A stretch of 64,000 nt of DNA, from the NCBI RefSeq assembly GCF_006345805.1, contig NC_043003.1, forward strand, positions 47,430,001-47,494,000. The letters run 5' to 3'. Position numbers and translations under genes: made by a program. Position 1 is the first letter of the stretch, and each line of letters opens with the position of its first letter. This DNA is from Octopus sinensis. Lineage: Eukaryota. Of the stretch, positions 1 to 11,384 are shown in pieces. Below the pieces are notes generated by a model, which saw nothing but the letters and a program-made list of their open reading frames with translations, was not told where the DNA came from and did not search any database.

Positions 1-1010
1 GAGAGGAGCTGAAAGACCTCCATCAATATTTACTGCAATAGTGTGTCTTGTAGAAAGTGGAGTTTTTGTAGGAAATTCAACCATCCATGACATTTGCATG
101 AAATGGATGGTTGAAGACATTGCTAAAATCTAGAGCAACAACATTGTTTTCATCAGATTTTTTAAAGCAAATACACATTGGTGAATAGGTCTCCGTTGCA
201 TCTGGCTCTTTGGAAGCCATGATAGTGGTCATTCAGGGGTGGTGAGGATTCTAGATGTTGGAAAACTTCATTGTTAATGGTTGTTTCCATTACTTTGGAC
301 ATGCTAGAAGTGAGAGCAATGAGGAAATACTTGGCTGGGTCAAAGAGGTTGTTTTCCTTTGGAATACGACCCACTGAATGGTTTCCAAATGCCTGTGTAT
401 GTTGCCATAGAGAATGGGAGATTAAAGAGTTTAGTGAGTATAGGACTAAGTTTTGGCATTATTTAAATGTTATGGAAGGGATCATTTCAGAGTTGGTGGC
501 CTTGTTTGTTTGAAGAAGCTGGGGTATTTTTGAACTTAGCATCTATGGGTATGTGGAATGTGGAGCAGGGGGAATGCTTATTGGAACAGAAGAGGGTAGA
601 TTTGGAGGGAATTGGTCAAGGGTATGTAGTGTGGAGTTAGACACAAAGGATGCAGTGTAGGTGGGTGCTTTCTCCATGGGGGTATTGATTATGAAGCCAG
701 TATTGTTTAGAAAAGGAAAAGAATTGGAGATCCTTTAGACTAGGGATCAGAAGACTCAGCTGCAGTTTGGGAGAGGAGAAAGCTTGAGAGCTATGTGATG
801 CATGAAGGCATCTTTTGCTCAATGGATAGTAGTCTTACAGGAGTTGCACTATTGAGTGAATGCCACCCAGTTTTGTGGAGTGGGTGGAATTATCTAGTTG
901 CTATAAGCTTTGTTTTTTTGTTTTTTTTGCCCAAAAGCTACAGCAGGTATGTAAGATTGTCTACTGTGTCATATTCTTTTTTTACAAAGACTGACCTGAG
1001 GGAGATTTAA
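1..1010 (-). mobile_element. Decayed non-LTR retrotransposon ORF2 fragment (CR1/Jockey-group linker + RT N-terminal part)
   Basis: Minus-strand translations, with stops and frameshifts: IALTSSMSKVMETTIN..HGFQRARCNGDL, VVALDFSNVFN, TIAVNIDG. These match the RT motifs PIALTS..SKVME, YGFR..RSTGD, ALDISKAFD. Confidence 0.8.
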
Positions 1011-2867
1011 CCGCTTTCTCTAATAGGTTGCTCTACCACTAAAAAGATCTGGTGATCTAGGCTGCGGATGGTGATGTTACCATTTGTAGCTGAGCTGTCA
1101 GCAATGACATCACTGTCTGTGACTTGGCTGCAACTGATGACAATTATTGACATTTCCTATCAACAAATTGTCTGCTAGTTCTGTGCTTTCGAATTTGTCT
1201 GGAATTAAAATTCTTTTACCTGAAATGCAAGTAATGTTTGATGACAGGGAGGGCATTTGGCCATAAAGATCCTGCCTCAAGTCCCTCTCCATGCTAGCAT
1301 AGAAAAAACAGATGTTAAACACACACATTGTAGGGCATTCATCAGTTCTTGTGGAGGGGGATAAAGAGCAATTTCTAAAATGATTGTAGAGTCCCATCCT
1401 TGACCTGCAGTCTCAGCTGATATCTCACATATACATATGTCCATATGCATACACACACAAATATATGAAACACACATCACCCCACACAGTGCACGCACTA
1501 GGTTACTTTTATACATACACACACATGTTCCCAAACACACATACAGAGGTCCATGCATATGCACACACACATAATCCCACCCACATGTACACACATCTAT
1601 ATGCACACATACATATACACACCAGTACATGAAACGCACATCATTCCACAAAATGTACACACTAGGTTACTTATACACACACTCACACAGGTCCACATAA
1701 TTTTAAGCTTGTCCACACATACATATGCACTCGCATACACACACGCGCTTGTGCACCCTAGTTCGGTTGGGTCCTGTTATTAACTCCCTTTCTTCCAGCC
1801 ATTTGATCTTGTTGAACCCCACACATTTTTTCTTTCTCCTCGTTTTTTTTTTTTTTTCTTTTTCTGTTCTCCATTTTTTCCCCTTTCAATCCTTTCTTTC
1901 AAAGAGCATAAGCTCGAAACATCAGAGACTTTTCCACTCTTCCCAAGTGCTGAACTAATACACCTGCTTGTTATTCCTTCACCTGTGTTTGTCTTTTGTT
2001 TCCTGTAAATTTGAACTATATATATATATATATATATATATATTTAAAATCTTTAAAATCTTTATTATAATGATCAGTAGAAACCACTTGGAGGTGATTC
2101 TTCTACTAGTCTGTCTGTCTCTGCAGTTTTGTAGAACAAACCTAAAAGTACCCAATATAATAGGATTTTACAGAATCTGATATAAGTGTGTAATATATGT
2201 GATAAACAGGATTACATACCCAACTTAAAAGTTCCATGCAATCAACCTTTATACTCAATTATACTTAGTAGTAGATTGAGCACAGTGGATTATAACTCCC
2301 ATTGCACAAAACCTTAACATTTGAATATATGTAATACTGTTTAAATACTGGTTTCTAACACTTGTACTAAACAACACGTTTTGGAGTGAGGGTGTGACTG
2401 GTTAAATTGATCCCAGTATTTGAATGGTACTTTATTTTATCAACCTTGGAATGACAAAAGGCAGGATTTGAAGCTTGAGTGATGCTCTAACAAATCTGGT
2501 GACCCATTGTCCTAATATACTGGTAACTAATTTTGGCACAAGGCCGGCAATTTTAGGAGTTGGGGTATGGTTGATTACATTGGTCCTACTACTCAGCTGG
2601 TATTTATTTTATTAACCCCATAAGGATGAAATCAAAGTTGATCTCAGTGGAATTTGAACTTGAACGTGAAGAGCCAGAAGAAATGTTACTAAGCACTTCG
2701 TCTGATGTGCTATCAATCTTACCAGCTCACTGCTCTATTCTTCTTAAATATTACAAATACATACATACATACACATCTTCACATTTTAAATGATTGATAT
2801 GGAAGACAGAGTATACTGGAAGCTTTAAGTTTTATATATTTTATGTTTATATATATGTATGTGTGGA

Positions 2868-3175
2868 GGCGCAATGGCCCAATGGTTAGGGCAGCGGACT
2901 CGCAGTTGTAGGATCACGGTTTCGATTCCCAGACCGAGTGTTGTGAGTGTTTATTGAGCAAAAACACCTAAAGCTCCACGAGGCTCTGGCAGGGGATGGT
3001 GGCGATCCCTGCTGTACTCTTTTGCCACAACTTTCTCTCACTCTTTCTTCTGTTGGCCTGCTCGCTTAGCCAGCGGGGTGGCGTCATCTGAAGGCTAAAA
3101 CAATGTGAAGCGCATTGTGACCAGCGATGTGTAGCAACATCTGATAGTCTGGTCGGTCACGGTGATCATCGTGAT
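2868..3175 (+). mobile_element. tRNA-derived SINE (family B; Arg-like head)
   Basis: A box tggcccaatgg (2875-2885) and B box ggtttcgattccc (2918-2930), then a non-tRNA body; a similar 3' part recurs at about 35080-35190. Confidence 0.8.
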
Positions 3176-4019
3176 ATATGTATGTAGGTGTGTGTGAGTG
3201 AATAAGTGATGACTGTTCATCCATCTTCAAGGAAGGCCATCACAGACTATTAGAAGAATTGTATTTTTGGCAGTGGCTTTTTAGGCCTGTTAGCCTCCTA
3301 TGTGCATTTTGGTACACTTCTATTTTCTCACTCCTGCTTTTTCAGGAAATTACACCTGAACATTTTCTGGAGTAAAAAAAACAAAAAAAAAAACAAAAAA
3401 AAAACAAAGGCAGGAGAAGAGACCCCCAGCTCATGCCTCCTGTTTCTATTTATTTTACTTACTCAAACTTATTTTGCTGTTGAGTGGAGGGTTGGAACAG
3501 ATTAATTTGCTTAGCAACGATTTTCTGCTTTTCTTTTACCACCCACCCACCCATCTACCCAACCAACCAACCAACCCTACAACTTCCTCAACATCATTGG
3601 TTATTGATTAAATGCAATTTGGGAAGCTGCTGCTTTTGTTGTTCCATGACTGTGTGTCTGCGTTGTATTGTGTGTGTATGTGTGTGCGTGTGATAGTTTC
3701 ATAATGTTTCTTTAAGGCTGATTTCCATTTTTATTAGCAATTTTATAGCAGTATTATTTTTTTCCTCCAAGTTGTTTTCCAGAATAACTAAATCATTCAT
3801 TCAAAAATCCTTTTCTTGCGTCTTTTCTTCTTCTTCTTTGTTATCCTTTCGTTTTTAACCTCATTTTAAGTATCTCCCTTCATTTCCTCACATTCCATTA
3901 TCTTCTATGACACTGCACGTTTATTCTCTTCACCAGCCCACTGCCAAAATCTAAGGTTTCTGTGATTTCTCACTGCTACCATAGTTGTAGTAACGTAGTT
4001 GTATATTTTGGACTTTCCT

Positions 4020-4680
4020 AATTCTAGTCGATATGTATGTAGTCGTAACGTTGTGTCGACTATGATTGAACAAAGGCATTTAAACGACGATCATCTTTTT
4101 TTTTTCCAACAGTGCACACTGAATTAAATTTATATTTAAGGGGTCTATTTGAGGGAAATTTGGTTGCTATTTCTTGCAGTTCGAACGACTACGTAGAGGC
4201 TTACTCGTTGATACTTAGTGTTCTGCAATGTAACACTGTAGTTTATTGGTGTCATGTTTAGCATTTTCAATCAATCCTAATCGAGAGAGGTTTATGATCA
4301 AAGACATTCCAGTTGTGACATTTCTGTACTTTCGAAATTTTCCAGACCTTTCTTTTTAAAAGTAGTGGTTTGTATGATTTTTGTGAAATTGACCGCTATT
4401 TCTAGCAGGTCAATTGATCATGTGAAGTTGGCTTGCTTGACGTAGTGTTGTATTGCTTGCTTTTCAGTAGTGTTGTAACTGTTTAACCCCGAGTTGACCC
4501 TGATCAAGCAGACTTATAATTAGACATTCCACTCATGACTATCCTGTCTTTTACTCAAACATAATACATCATAGATTACATTATCCATTTTGTCCCTCTT
4601 TATTAAACTGACAGGTTGTGACTTGAGGGACATTTGGTAGCTATTTCTAGCTGGTTGACTAAACACGGAGCTCCCTTCTG
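4020..4680. repeat. Tandem partial copies of an unclassified ~200-bp interspersed repeat (family E: gacctatgatcaaaggcattccag...gagggagatttggctgctatttctagcagg)
   Basis: Same motifs recur at about 7330-7470 and 14330-14440 (reversed), 21906-22160, 22290-22480, 25142-25400, 33520-33730, 33990-34160, 35380-35720 and 63850-64000. Confidence 0.75.
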
Positions 4681-5644
4681 TGCTCGAGTTTTCCATGGTA
4701 ATGTTACAGTGTGCAACATTCCAATATTGTCATGCCGTGAACTGCTTTTTAAAATCTTTTATTTGCACTACAGAGCGGTTTCACACAAGATGATTTCTCT
4801 ATGGACCGGAAGATCACGCGCATAACAAAGAAAACACCATAAAATGCATAATATATCATTTAATTATTACATACATAATGCAATAGTCAATAAAATAGTA
4901 ATAAAGTCTATTCTTTCTGTGTGCCGGTATCTAATGATTCACTGCCTGGTGGTTTGGAACACCTGTGAAAGAATGTGGAATAGCAATACAGCGTTGAATT
5001 ATGTACTGTACTGACTCTAATGTACTGATAGCGCTGTAGTGAAAGTAGCATAGCATTGTATTGGAAAAATGCAATGTTGTCATGTTGTGAAGTACAGTGT
5101 TCTGATACTGTGAGTGCGGAGACAGTTGGTCTGGGATATGTGCAGGGGTGCTGCAAGAGTGTGTGTGTGTGTGTGTGTATGTGAGGGGAATGCTGCTAGT
5201 TATGTAAAGATTGAGGAGTATTTTTTAAATTTTTGACACGGTTTGAAGTGGGTTTATAAAAGCGAGCCCAGAACACATACGATAAATCTGTATTGTTTAT
5301 CGACCAGAGTTTTTATGGATGTTATTAATACGCCTCACCATCACAATATTTAATTTTTAAATTTTGTTTCATTCATTGCGCTGCGACCATGCTGGGGCAC
5401 CGCCTTGAAGGGGTTTAGTCCAAACAATTATTTATTAAGTCTGATACTTATTCTACTGCCTCCTTAGCCGAACTGCTAAGGGGAATGTAAACAAACTAAC
5501 ACCAGTGGTGGGAAGGGCAAATACACACAATGGGCTTCCACACAGTTTTTGTCTACCAAATTCCCTCACATACCTAAAGTGCCATGTAGTGGGACTGAGC
5601 TTGAAACCACGTTTTGCAAAGCAAGCTTCTTAACCAGCCATACC

Positions 5645-5971
5645 TCTTTTACTCATTTCATCGACCCCAGGACTTATTCTTTGTAAGCCTACTACTTATT
5701 CTATCGGTCTCTTTTGCCGAACCGCTAAGTTACGGGGACGTAAATACACCACCATCAGTGGGTGAGGGGGCAGACACAGACACATAAACACACACAAATA
5801 TATATACATATATACGATGAGCCTCTTTCAGTTTCCATCAACTAAATTCACTAACAAGGCTTTGGTCGGCCCGATGCTATAGTAGAAGACACTTGCCTAA
5901 GACGCTACGCAGTTAAACTGAACCCGGAACCATGTGGTTGGTAAGCAAGCTACTTACCACACAGCCACTCC
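5645..5971 (-). mobile_element. tRNA-derived SINE family C (ggagtggctgtgtggtaag...), truncated tail
   Basis: Reverse complement of the head/body seen at 11253-11592 and 37785-38199; another decayed copy at about 5370-5640. Confidence 0.85.
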
Positions 5972-6299
5972 TTTGCTATCGATATTTTTATTTTATATAT
6001 TGACATGAGGTGACAGTACATACTTAGTGTTAATTTTATCAACATTAAAAGGACTTGAGCTCAAAATATAACTAGGGACAAATCTAAATACTGTAAAGTA
6101 TTTTAGTTAAGCACAATCGATTTCCGTCACTTCGATTAAATCAACTTATCTAAATTTCGAAAAGTTCTTTTGTGTATGATTTGCACTAAAATACTTGTTA
6201 ATTTTGCAATGTTTATTCTAATCATTTCGCTGGCTTGTTCTTTACCTTGGGATTCTGTTTTAACGATTCTGCCAATCCACTACTCTGTAATTACTTCTA

Positions 6300-6790
6300 A
6301 CATAGGCACAAAAGCACAGATTTGAATTGAGGGTATTAGTCAACTCTTGTACCTGTTGCTAGTTTTTTGTTTTTTTATCAGCCTTTGAAGAGAATGAAAG
6401 GTAAAAAATGTTGACCTTAGTAGGATTTGAACACAGAATGTAGAGAGAAGGGCAAATAGTATAGCACATTTTGACCAACAATGATTCTGCCACTTCACCA
6501 CCTTTAATAATAATCCTTTCTGCTATAAGCACAAGGCCTGGATTTTTGTGGTGGGAGGAGGGGACAATCAATCATAGACGTCAGTATGTGACTGGTACTT
6601 AATTTATCAATCTCGAAAGAATGAAAGGCAAAGTCCACCTTGGTGGAATTTGAACTCAGAATGTAGCAACAGATGAAATACTGCTAAGTATTTCACCTGG
6701 CATGCTAAATCCTTTCTACCATAGGCACAAGGCCTGAAATTTTTTTTGGGGGGGCAGTTGATTTAACATCCCAAATTCTCACACTTACTG
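6300..6790 (-). mobile_element. Tandem SINE family A copies
   Basis: Recurring ggcacaaggcctga...gatgaaaggcaaagt...gaatttgaactcaga motifs. Confidence 0.75.
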
Positions 6791-7932
6791 TCTGAATGAA
6801 ACAAACCCAGAATAGCCTTAAACAGGAATGAGGAACCTTTAACCTGAAGGTAATATTTAACCTGCTTTCAGATTTGAACCTGTTAGCTGATAAAGTTTTA
6901 AAATGCTCATGAAAAAGAGGGTTAAACCTGAAGCTCAAAGCAGTTATTTAGTATAAGTTACATATCTATTAATATAAGTTATACATCTATGATTTGCAGA
7001 ATTAAAGATTATTATTTTTCTCAGCACTCCTACAGGTATTCTTTTTTCCCTTTTCTTTTCTTATCTCACAAGTTACTTTGTATTCTCACCAATGTCCATG
7101 GCATGGAAAAAAAGCATCCAGTACACACTGTAAAGTGGTTGGCATTAGGAAGGTTACCAGTTGTAGAAACCATGCCAAAGTTGACATTGGAGCTTGACAC
7201 ATCCCTGCAGCTGGCTGCAGTCTGTTAAATTGTCCAACTCCTGTCAATATGGAAAATAGATGTTAAATAATGATGATGATTCTCAAGGTTTCTCAAATTG
7301 CTGCTCAGTGTGGTTTCTTGACCTACTAAAAATATGCTATTAATTAAGCGTAATGTCTTAAAGAAAAACAAGAGACACATTGGATAATGTAGTTCTGGAC
7401 ATATTAAAAAGACATAATGACTGCCTTTGCTTATAGTTCTGCTCGACCCTGCCTGACCTTATGCTAAGCAACAACACTAGACACACACCAGGGCTTGTAC
7501 ACTTCTTACAGATGTGAAATATCATCCTCTTGTGCAGAGTCTTCATTCTCCACAAAAAACCACAAAAGTTTCTTCTCTAGGATTAAAACCTATTTCAGTT
7601 GAGAACAACTTGTAACCCTTTAGTACATCTCTTAACCTGTTAGGTCATATGGGCACCTGTAAAGTCTCTGTCTTTAAGTAGTGTATCTAGGGCACGTGGG
7701 CTTCATAATGATTGTCCTAGTACAAGCTATATCCATTTGTAAATTTTAATGAGTATTATAAGATAATAAAATTCTTAATATGACTGTTGATTAGTAAAAG
7801 ACATTGAGGTCAATTTTACCTTTCACCTTTCTGGAGGAAGTAGACTAAGTATGAGTCTAGTTTTAGTCCAACTGATTGTTCTCTCTGCCACAATATGGCC
7901 TTGTTCCTACATTAGATATCAATAATATTAAT

Positions 7933-8330
7933 AGTTAAGTTAAGTTAATTTTTTGGCTCAAAACGCAAAAAGCAAGGCCATGTAGGGGGACATGGAGTTA
8001 TGTACAGGGAGGGTGTTCATGCAAAGAGTTCAGGCCATTTCTGGTCAAGAGAGACTTTGAACTGAGCGGTCGTCGGCATCTTCACTATCTCATCCGGCAA
8101 CTTATTCCACGGATCCGCAACCCGGACTGAGAAAGCCCCTCTCCTTCGATTGAGATGAAATCTTTGCAGTTAGATCTTTTCGGAGTGACTCCGCAGCCAA
8201 CGCTCTGGAGCAGGAGTGAAGAACAGCTCTTTCGAGAGGTTACAATTTCCGCTTATGATGTTGTGAGCAAGAATGAGATCACCACGGCGTCGGCGTTTTT
8301 CTAGAGAATAAAGGTCGAGCGTCTTCAGCC
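7933..8330 (-). mobile_element. 5'-truncated CR1 LINE 3' end (ORF2 C-terminus, 3' UTR, (TAACT)n tail)
   Basis: Minus strand 8328->8017 reads LKTLDLYSLEKRRRRGDLILAHNIISG..KI*LQRFHLNRRRGAFSVRVADPWNKLPDEIVKMPTTAQFKVSLDQKWPELFA* (one internal stop); tail visible as agttaagttaagttaa at 7933-7948. Confidence 0.92.
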
Positions 8331-8760
8331 AAGGCAGCAAGCTGACCGAATCATTAGCATGAAGGGCAAAATGCTTGGTGGCATTTCATCAATCTTTACA
8401 TTCTGAGTTCAAATTCTATCAAGATCCAACTTTGCTTTTCATCCATTCAGGGTCAATAAAGTAAGTACCAGTTGAGCACTGGGGTCGATTTAATCAATTT
8501 AGCTCTTTCCCTCAAAACCGATGGCCTTGTGCTAAAGTTTGAAATCAATATTCTTTTCTACTCTAGGCACAAGGGAGAGGGGGTCCACTTGGTTAGATCA
8601 ACCCCAGTACACAATTGGTACTTAATTTATCGACCCCCCCCCCCCAAAGGATGAAAGTTAAAGTTGCCCTTGGCAGAATTTGAACTCAACGTAACGACAG
8701 ACAAAATACCGCTAAGCATTTCACCCAGCGTGCTAATGTTTCTGCCAGCTTGCCGCCTTA
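8331..8760. mobile_element. Two SINE A copies tail-to-tail (+ about 8331-8545, - about 8550-8760)
   Basis: First copy reads head-first (ctgagttcaaattc B box); second reads as the reverse complement (gaatttgaactc...ctgccagcttgccgcctt). Confidence 0.8.
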
Positions 8761-9447
8761 ATTTGATACCAATATTACTAATGTTCTTATTGTTGTTACT
8801 ACCACTGCACACAGTAGTACATATTTACAACTAGGTGGACTGGACCAGTAAAAGCTAAGCACTTGAGTAGCAAACATAATGCAGTGTTAGCACTTTACCA
8901 TAAACAGATATGTCTGACTTTGTGATACTACTTACATAGCATGGATGATGTACCCATTTACCTGTCTTTTTTTCTTATTTCTATCTACATCCTTCTCTTT
9001 TGTATGTTAGTCTTTGCCCCCACAAAAAAACATCATCATCAATTCAGTGGGAAATCATCATTCTTTTGTAGCTTGTCCATCTTCTTCTCTTACACCAGTC
9101 TCTAACCCTTCCAAAATATACCCAGCTGATGCCTCTACCTGTTTTCCTACTTCCCCTCCACCTGTCAAAACTGTGTTGTTACATTCCATACCCTGAACTG
9201 AATATTTTCCTTCTTATATTTTTTTTCTCGGAACTATTTCCCTTTGGAAATTTCCAAACCTTTCCAAAGACACTACTAACTTGGATCTTATAATACTACA
9301 AATACTTCATATAGAAGAAGCTTGCTTCCCAACCATATGTTTTGATCAGCCCCATTATGTGGCAACTTGAGCAAATGTCTTTTACTATAGCCTGAGGCCA
9401 ACTAAAGCCTTAAGTGGATTTTGTAGATGGAAATGGAAAGTAGCCGT

Positions 9448-9855
9448 TCATATATGTATATGTGTGTGTGTATATGTGTGTATATATGTGTATGTGTATA
9501 TGTATGTATATATATGTATATGTGTGTGTATATATATATATATGCATGTGTGTATATATATATATATGCAAGTGTGTATATATGTATATATATGTGTGTG
9601 TGTGTGTATATATATATATGTGTGTGTGTGTATATATATATATGTGTGTGTGTGTATATATATATATGTGTGTGTGTATATATATGTATATGTGTATATA
9701 TATATGTATGTGTGTATATGTATGTGTGTATATATATGTATGTGTGTATATGTATGTATGTGTGTGTATATATGTGTGTATATATATATATATGTGTGTG
9801 TATATATATATGCATGTGTGTATATATGTATATGTGTGTATATATGTATATGTAA
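9448..9855. repeat. Compound (AT)n/(GT)n microsatellite, about 410 bp
   Basis: Direct reading; source of six spurious ORFs. Confidence 0.97.
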
Positions 9856-10027
9856 TGTAGAACAATCTTCAGCCACATATAGAATCTTTTGAATTAAATA
9901 GACAATGTACATTTTTATACTTATTTCATTTGCCAACTTTACAAAGAGGGTAGATATATAGACAGAGAGGTTAATTTCATCAATAAGAACTTGGTAGTAG
10001 AAGGTCCTTCTCCATCTGCAGACAGTA

Positions 10028-10302
10028 CACTACACATGTTGCCATACAACATAGTTTTTCATGTATACAGGAATTTGATTATGCAACGGTTTACCTGTAT
10101 AATTGGTTTACCTGTTTAATTGGATCCAGTTGTATTTCTTCAGGTGATATTCAATTGTGTTAGCATCGAAGTTGAAGGTTTTGTAACTAAGGGGGGCAGC
10201 AATTGAATATCACCTTAAGAAATACAACTGGATCCCATTATACAGGTAAACCGTTGCATAATCAAATTCTTGTATGTATATGTTGTATGGAAATGTGTAG
10301 TG
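10028..10302. repeat. Long inverted repeat (arms about 125 and 102 bp, spacer about 42 nt), probably an inverted retroelement end
   Basis: cactacacat...ggtgatattcaattg pairs with caattgaatatcacc...atgtgtagtg; 17-bp tandem duplication in the left arm. Confidence 0.9.
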
Positions 10303-10426
10303 ATTAAAAAATAACTGTCCAACTGTACTCATTGTTGACTGTATCTTATTCAATCATATATATGTGCGTGTGTATGTATATATGTGTATGTATGCATATA
10401 TGTGTGTGTGTATATATATATATATA

Positions 10427-10646
10427 CCGGAGTAAGCACATAAATGTGAAACAAGGTGGAAAAAAGAATGCTCAAATACCAGAGGTAGAGTAATATGCTT
10501 TATTTAAAAGCAGCAGAAATGTAACGAGCTGTTACTCAGTTTCACATTCCTGTTGGTCGGGCAGTTTTGTTAAAACTGTCCGACAAACGGGAACGTGAAA
10601 CTCTGAGTAACAGCTTTTGTTATATTTCTGGTGCTTTTAAATAAAG
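10427..10646. mobile_element. Penelope-like element terminal remnant in inverted configuration, each arm with a degenerate minimal hammerhead fold
   Basis: Arms 10498-10568 and 10572-10646; AATAAA downstream of each hammerhead fold; embedded in (TA)n. The inverted repeat is certain; the Penelope assignment is inferred. Confidence 0.6.
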
Positions 10647-10650
10647 TGTG

Positions 10651-10686
<36 letters not shown>

Positions 10687-10789
10687 TAGATAGATAGAGT
10701 GCATCATTTTTCTTTCTGGCTTTACAGTGTAAGCATGGCTGCTCCACTAGCAATGTGCACCAAAGAAGAATAAAGAGCAGTGATCCGAG

Positions 10790-11229
10790 ATAATGGTGAA
10801 CTGGTTCACCATTACCATCTCTTGAGCTTGCTGAATCTTCTTGTTAGCAGTGGAGGCTGATGGGTGTCCTTCTCCTTCATGCGTCATTTTTGTCTGGCCA
10901 CTTTTAAACTTCTCAATCCATGCGCCCTATACACACTTCTATACAGTAGTGCACTGTCCTTGTATTGTGCTAATAGCCTCCAATGAATTTCAACACCTGA
11001 TACACATTCCAACCAGAGAAACTGGATCATTACTCTTTGTTCTTCTTTGGTGCACATAGCTAGTGGAGTGGCCATGCTTACACTATAAAGCCTGAAAGAA
11101 AAAAATGGTGCGACCAGGCTTGAACTTTGATTATGTGACCACAACAGTACCAACTATAAGCATGCATGCACTGAAAGCAGATAAAGATATGTTATGCCGT
11201 AAGTGGATAATTTTTGACTTCTCCTCATA
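10790..11229 (-). mobile_element. Mariner (Tc1/mariner) remnant: 5' TIR + transposase N-terminus, truncated
   Basis: Minus strand MATPLAMCTKEEQRVMIQFLW..EIHWRLLAQY..(frameshift) WIEKFKSGQTKMTHEGEGHPS (mariner HTH region); TIR-like tatgaggagaagtcaaaaattatcc ending at TA 11228-29. Confidence 0.9.
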
Positions 11230-11252
11230 TATATGTGTGTATATATATATAT

Positions 11253-11352
11253 GGCTGTGGCTTTGTGATAAGTAGCTTGCTTACCAACCACATGGTTCCA
11301 GGTTCAGCCCTTGTGAGTGGATTTGGTAGATGGAAACTGAAAGAAGCCCATT

Positions 11353-11384
<32 letters not shown>

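Noticed and set aside
2868-2945. Functional tRNA gene
   Set aside because: No proper acceptor or anticodon stems or terminator; continues into a SINE body
3346-3375. Acceptor followed by EITPEHFLE* as the last exon of an upstream gene
   Set aside because: Too short to assess; no supporting upstream exons in the window
5100-5116. Donor-like act|gtgagt as the end of the RUFY first coding exon
   Set aside because: The phase-1 frame has TGA at 5103-05; only a non-coding exon is possible and nothing supports one
9402-9936. Six 130-160 aa ORFs (YIHT/VCVY-rich)
   Set aside because: Translations of a dinucleotide microsatellite
10028-10302. CACTA (EnSpm) MITE because the arms read CACTA...TAGTG
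   Set aside because: No 2-3 bp TSD (gta / att), and similarity seems to extend past the supposed termini (gacagt / actgtc)
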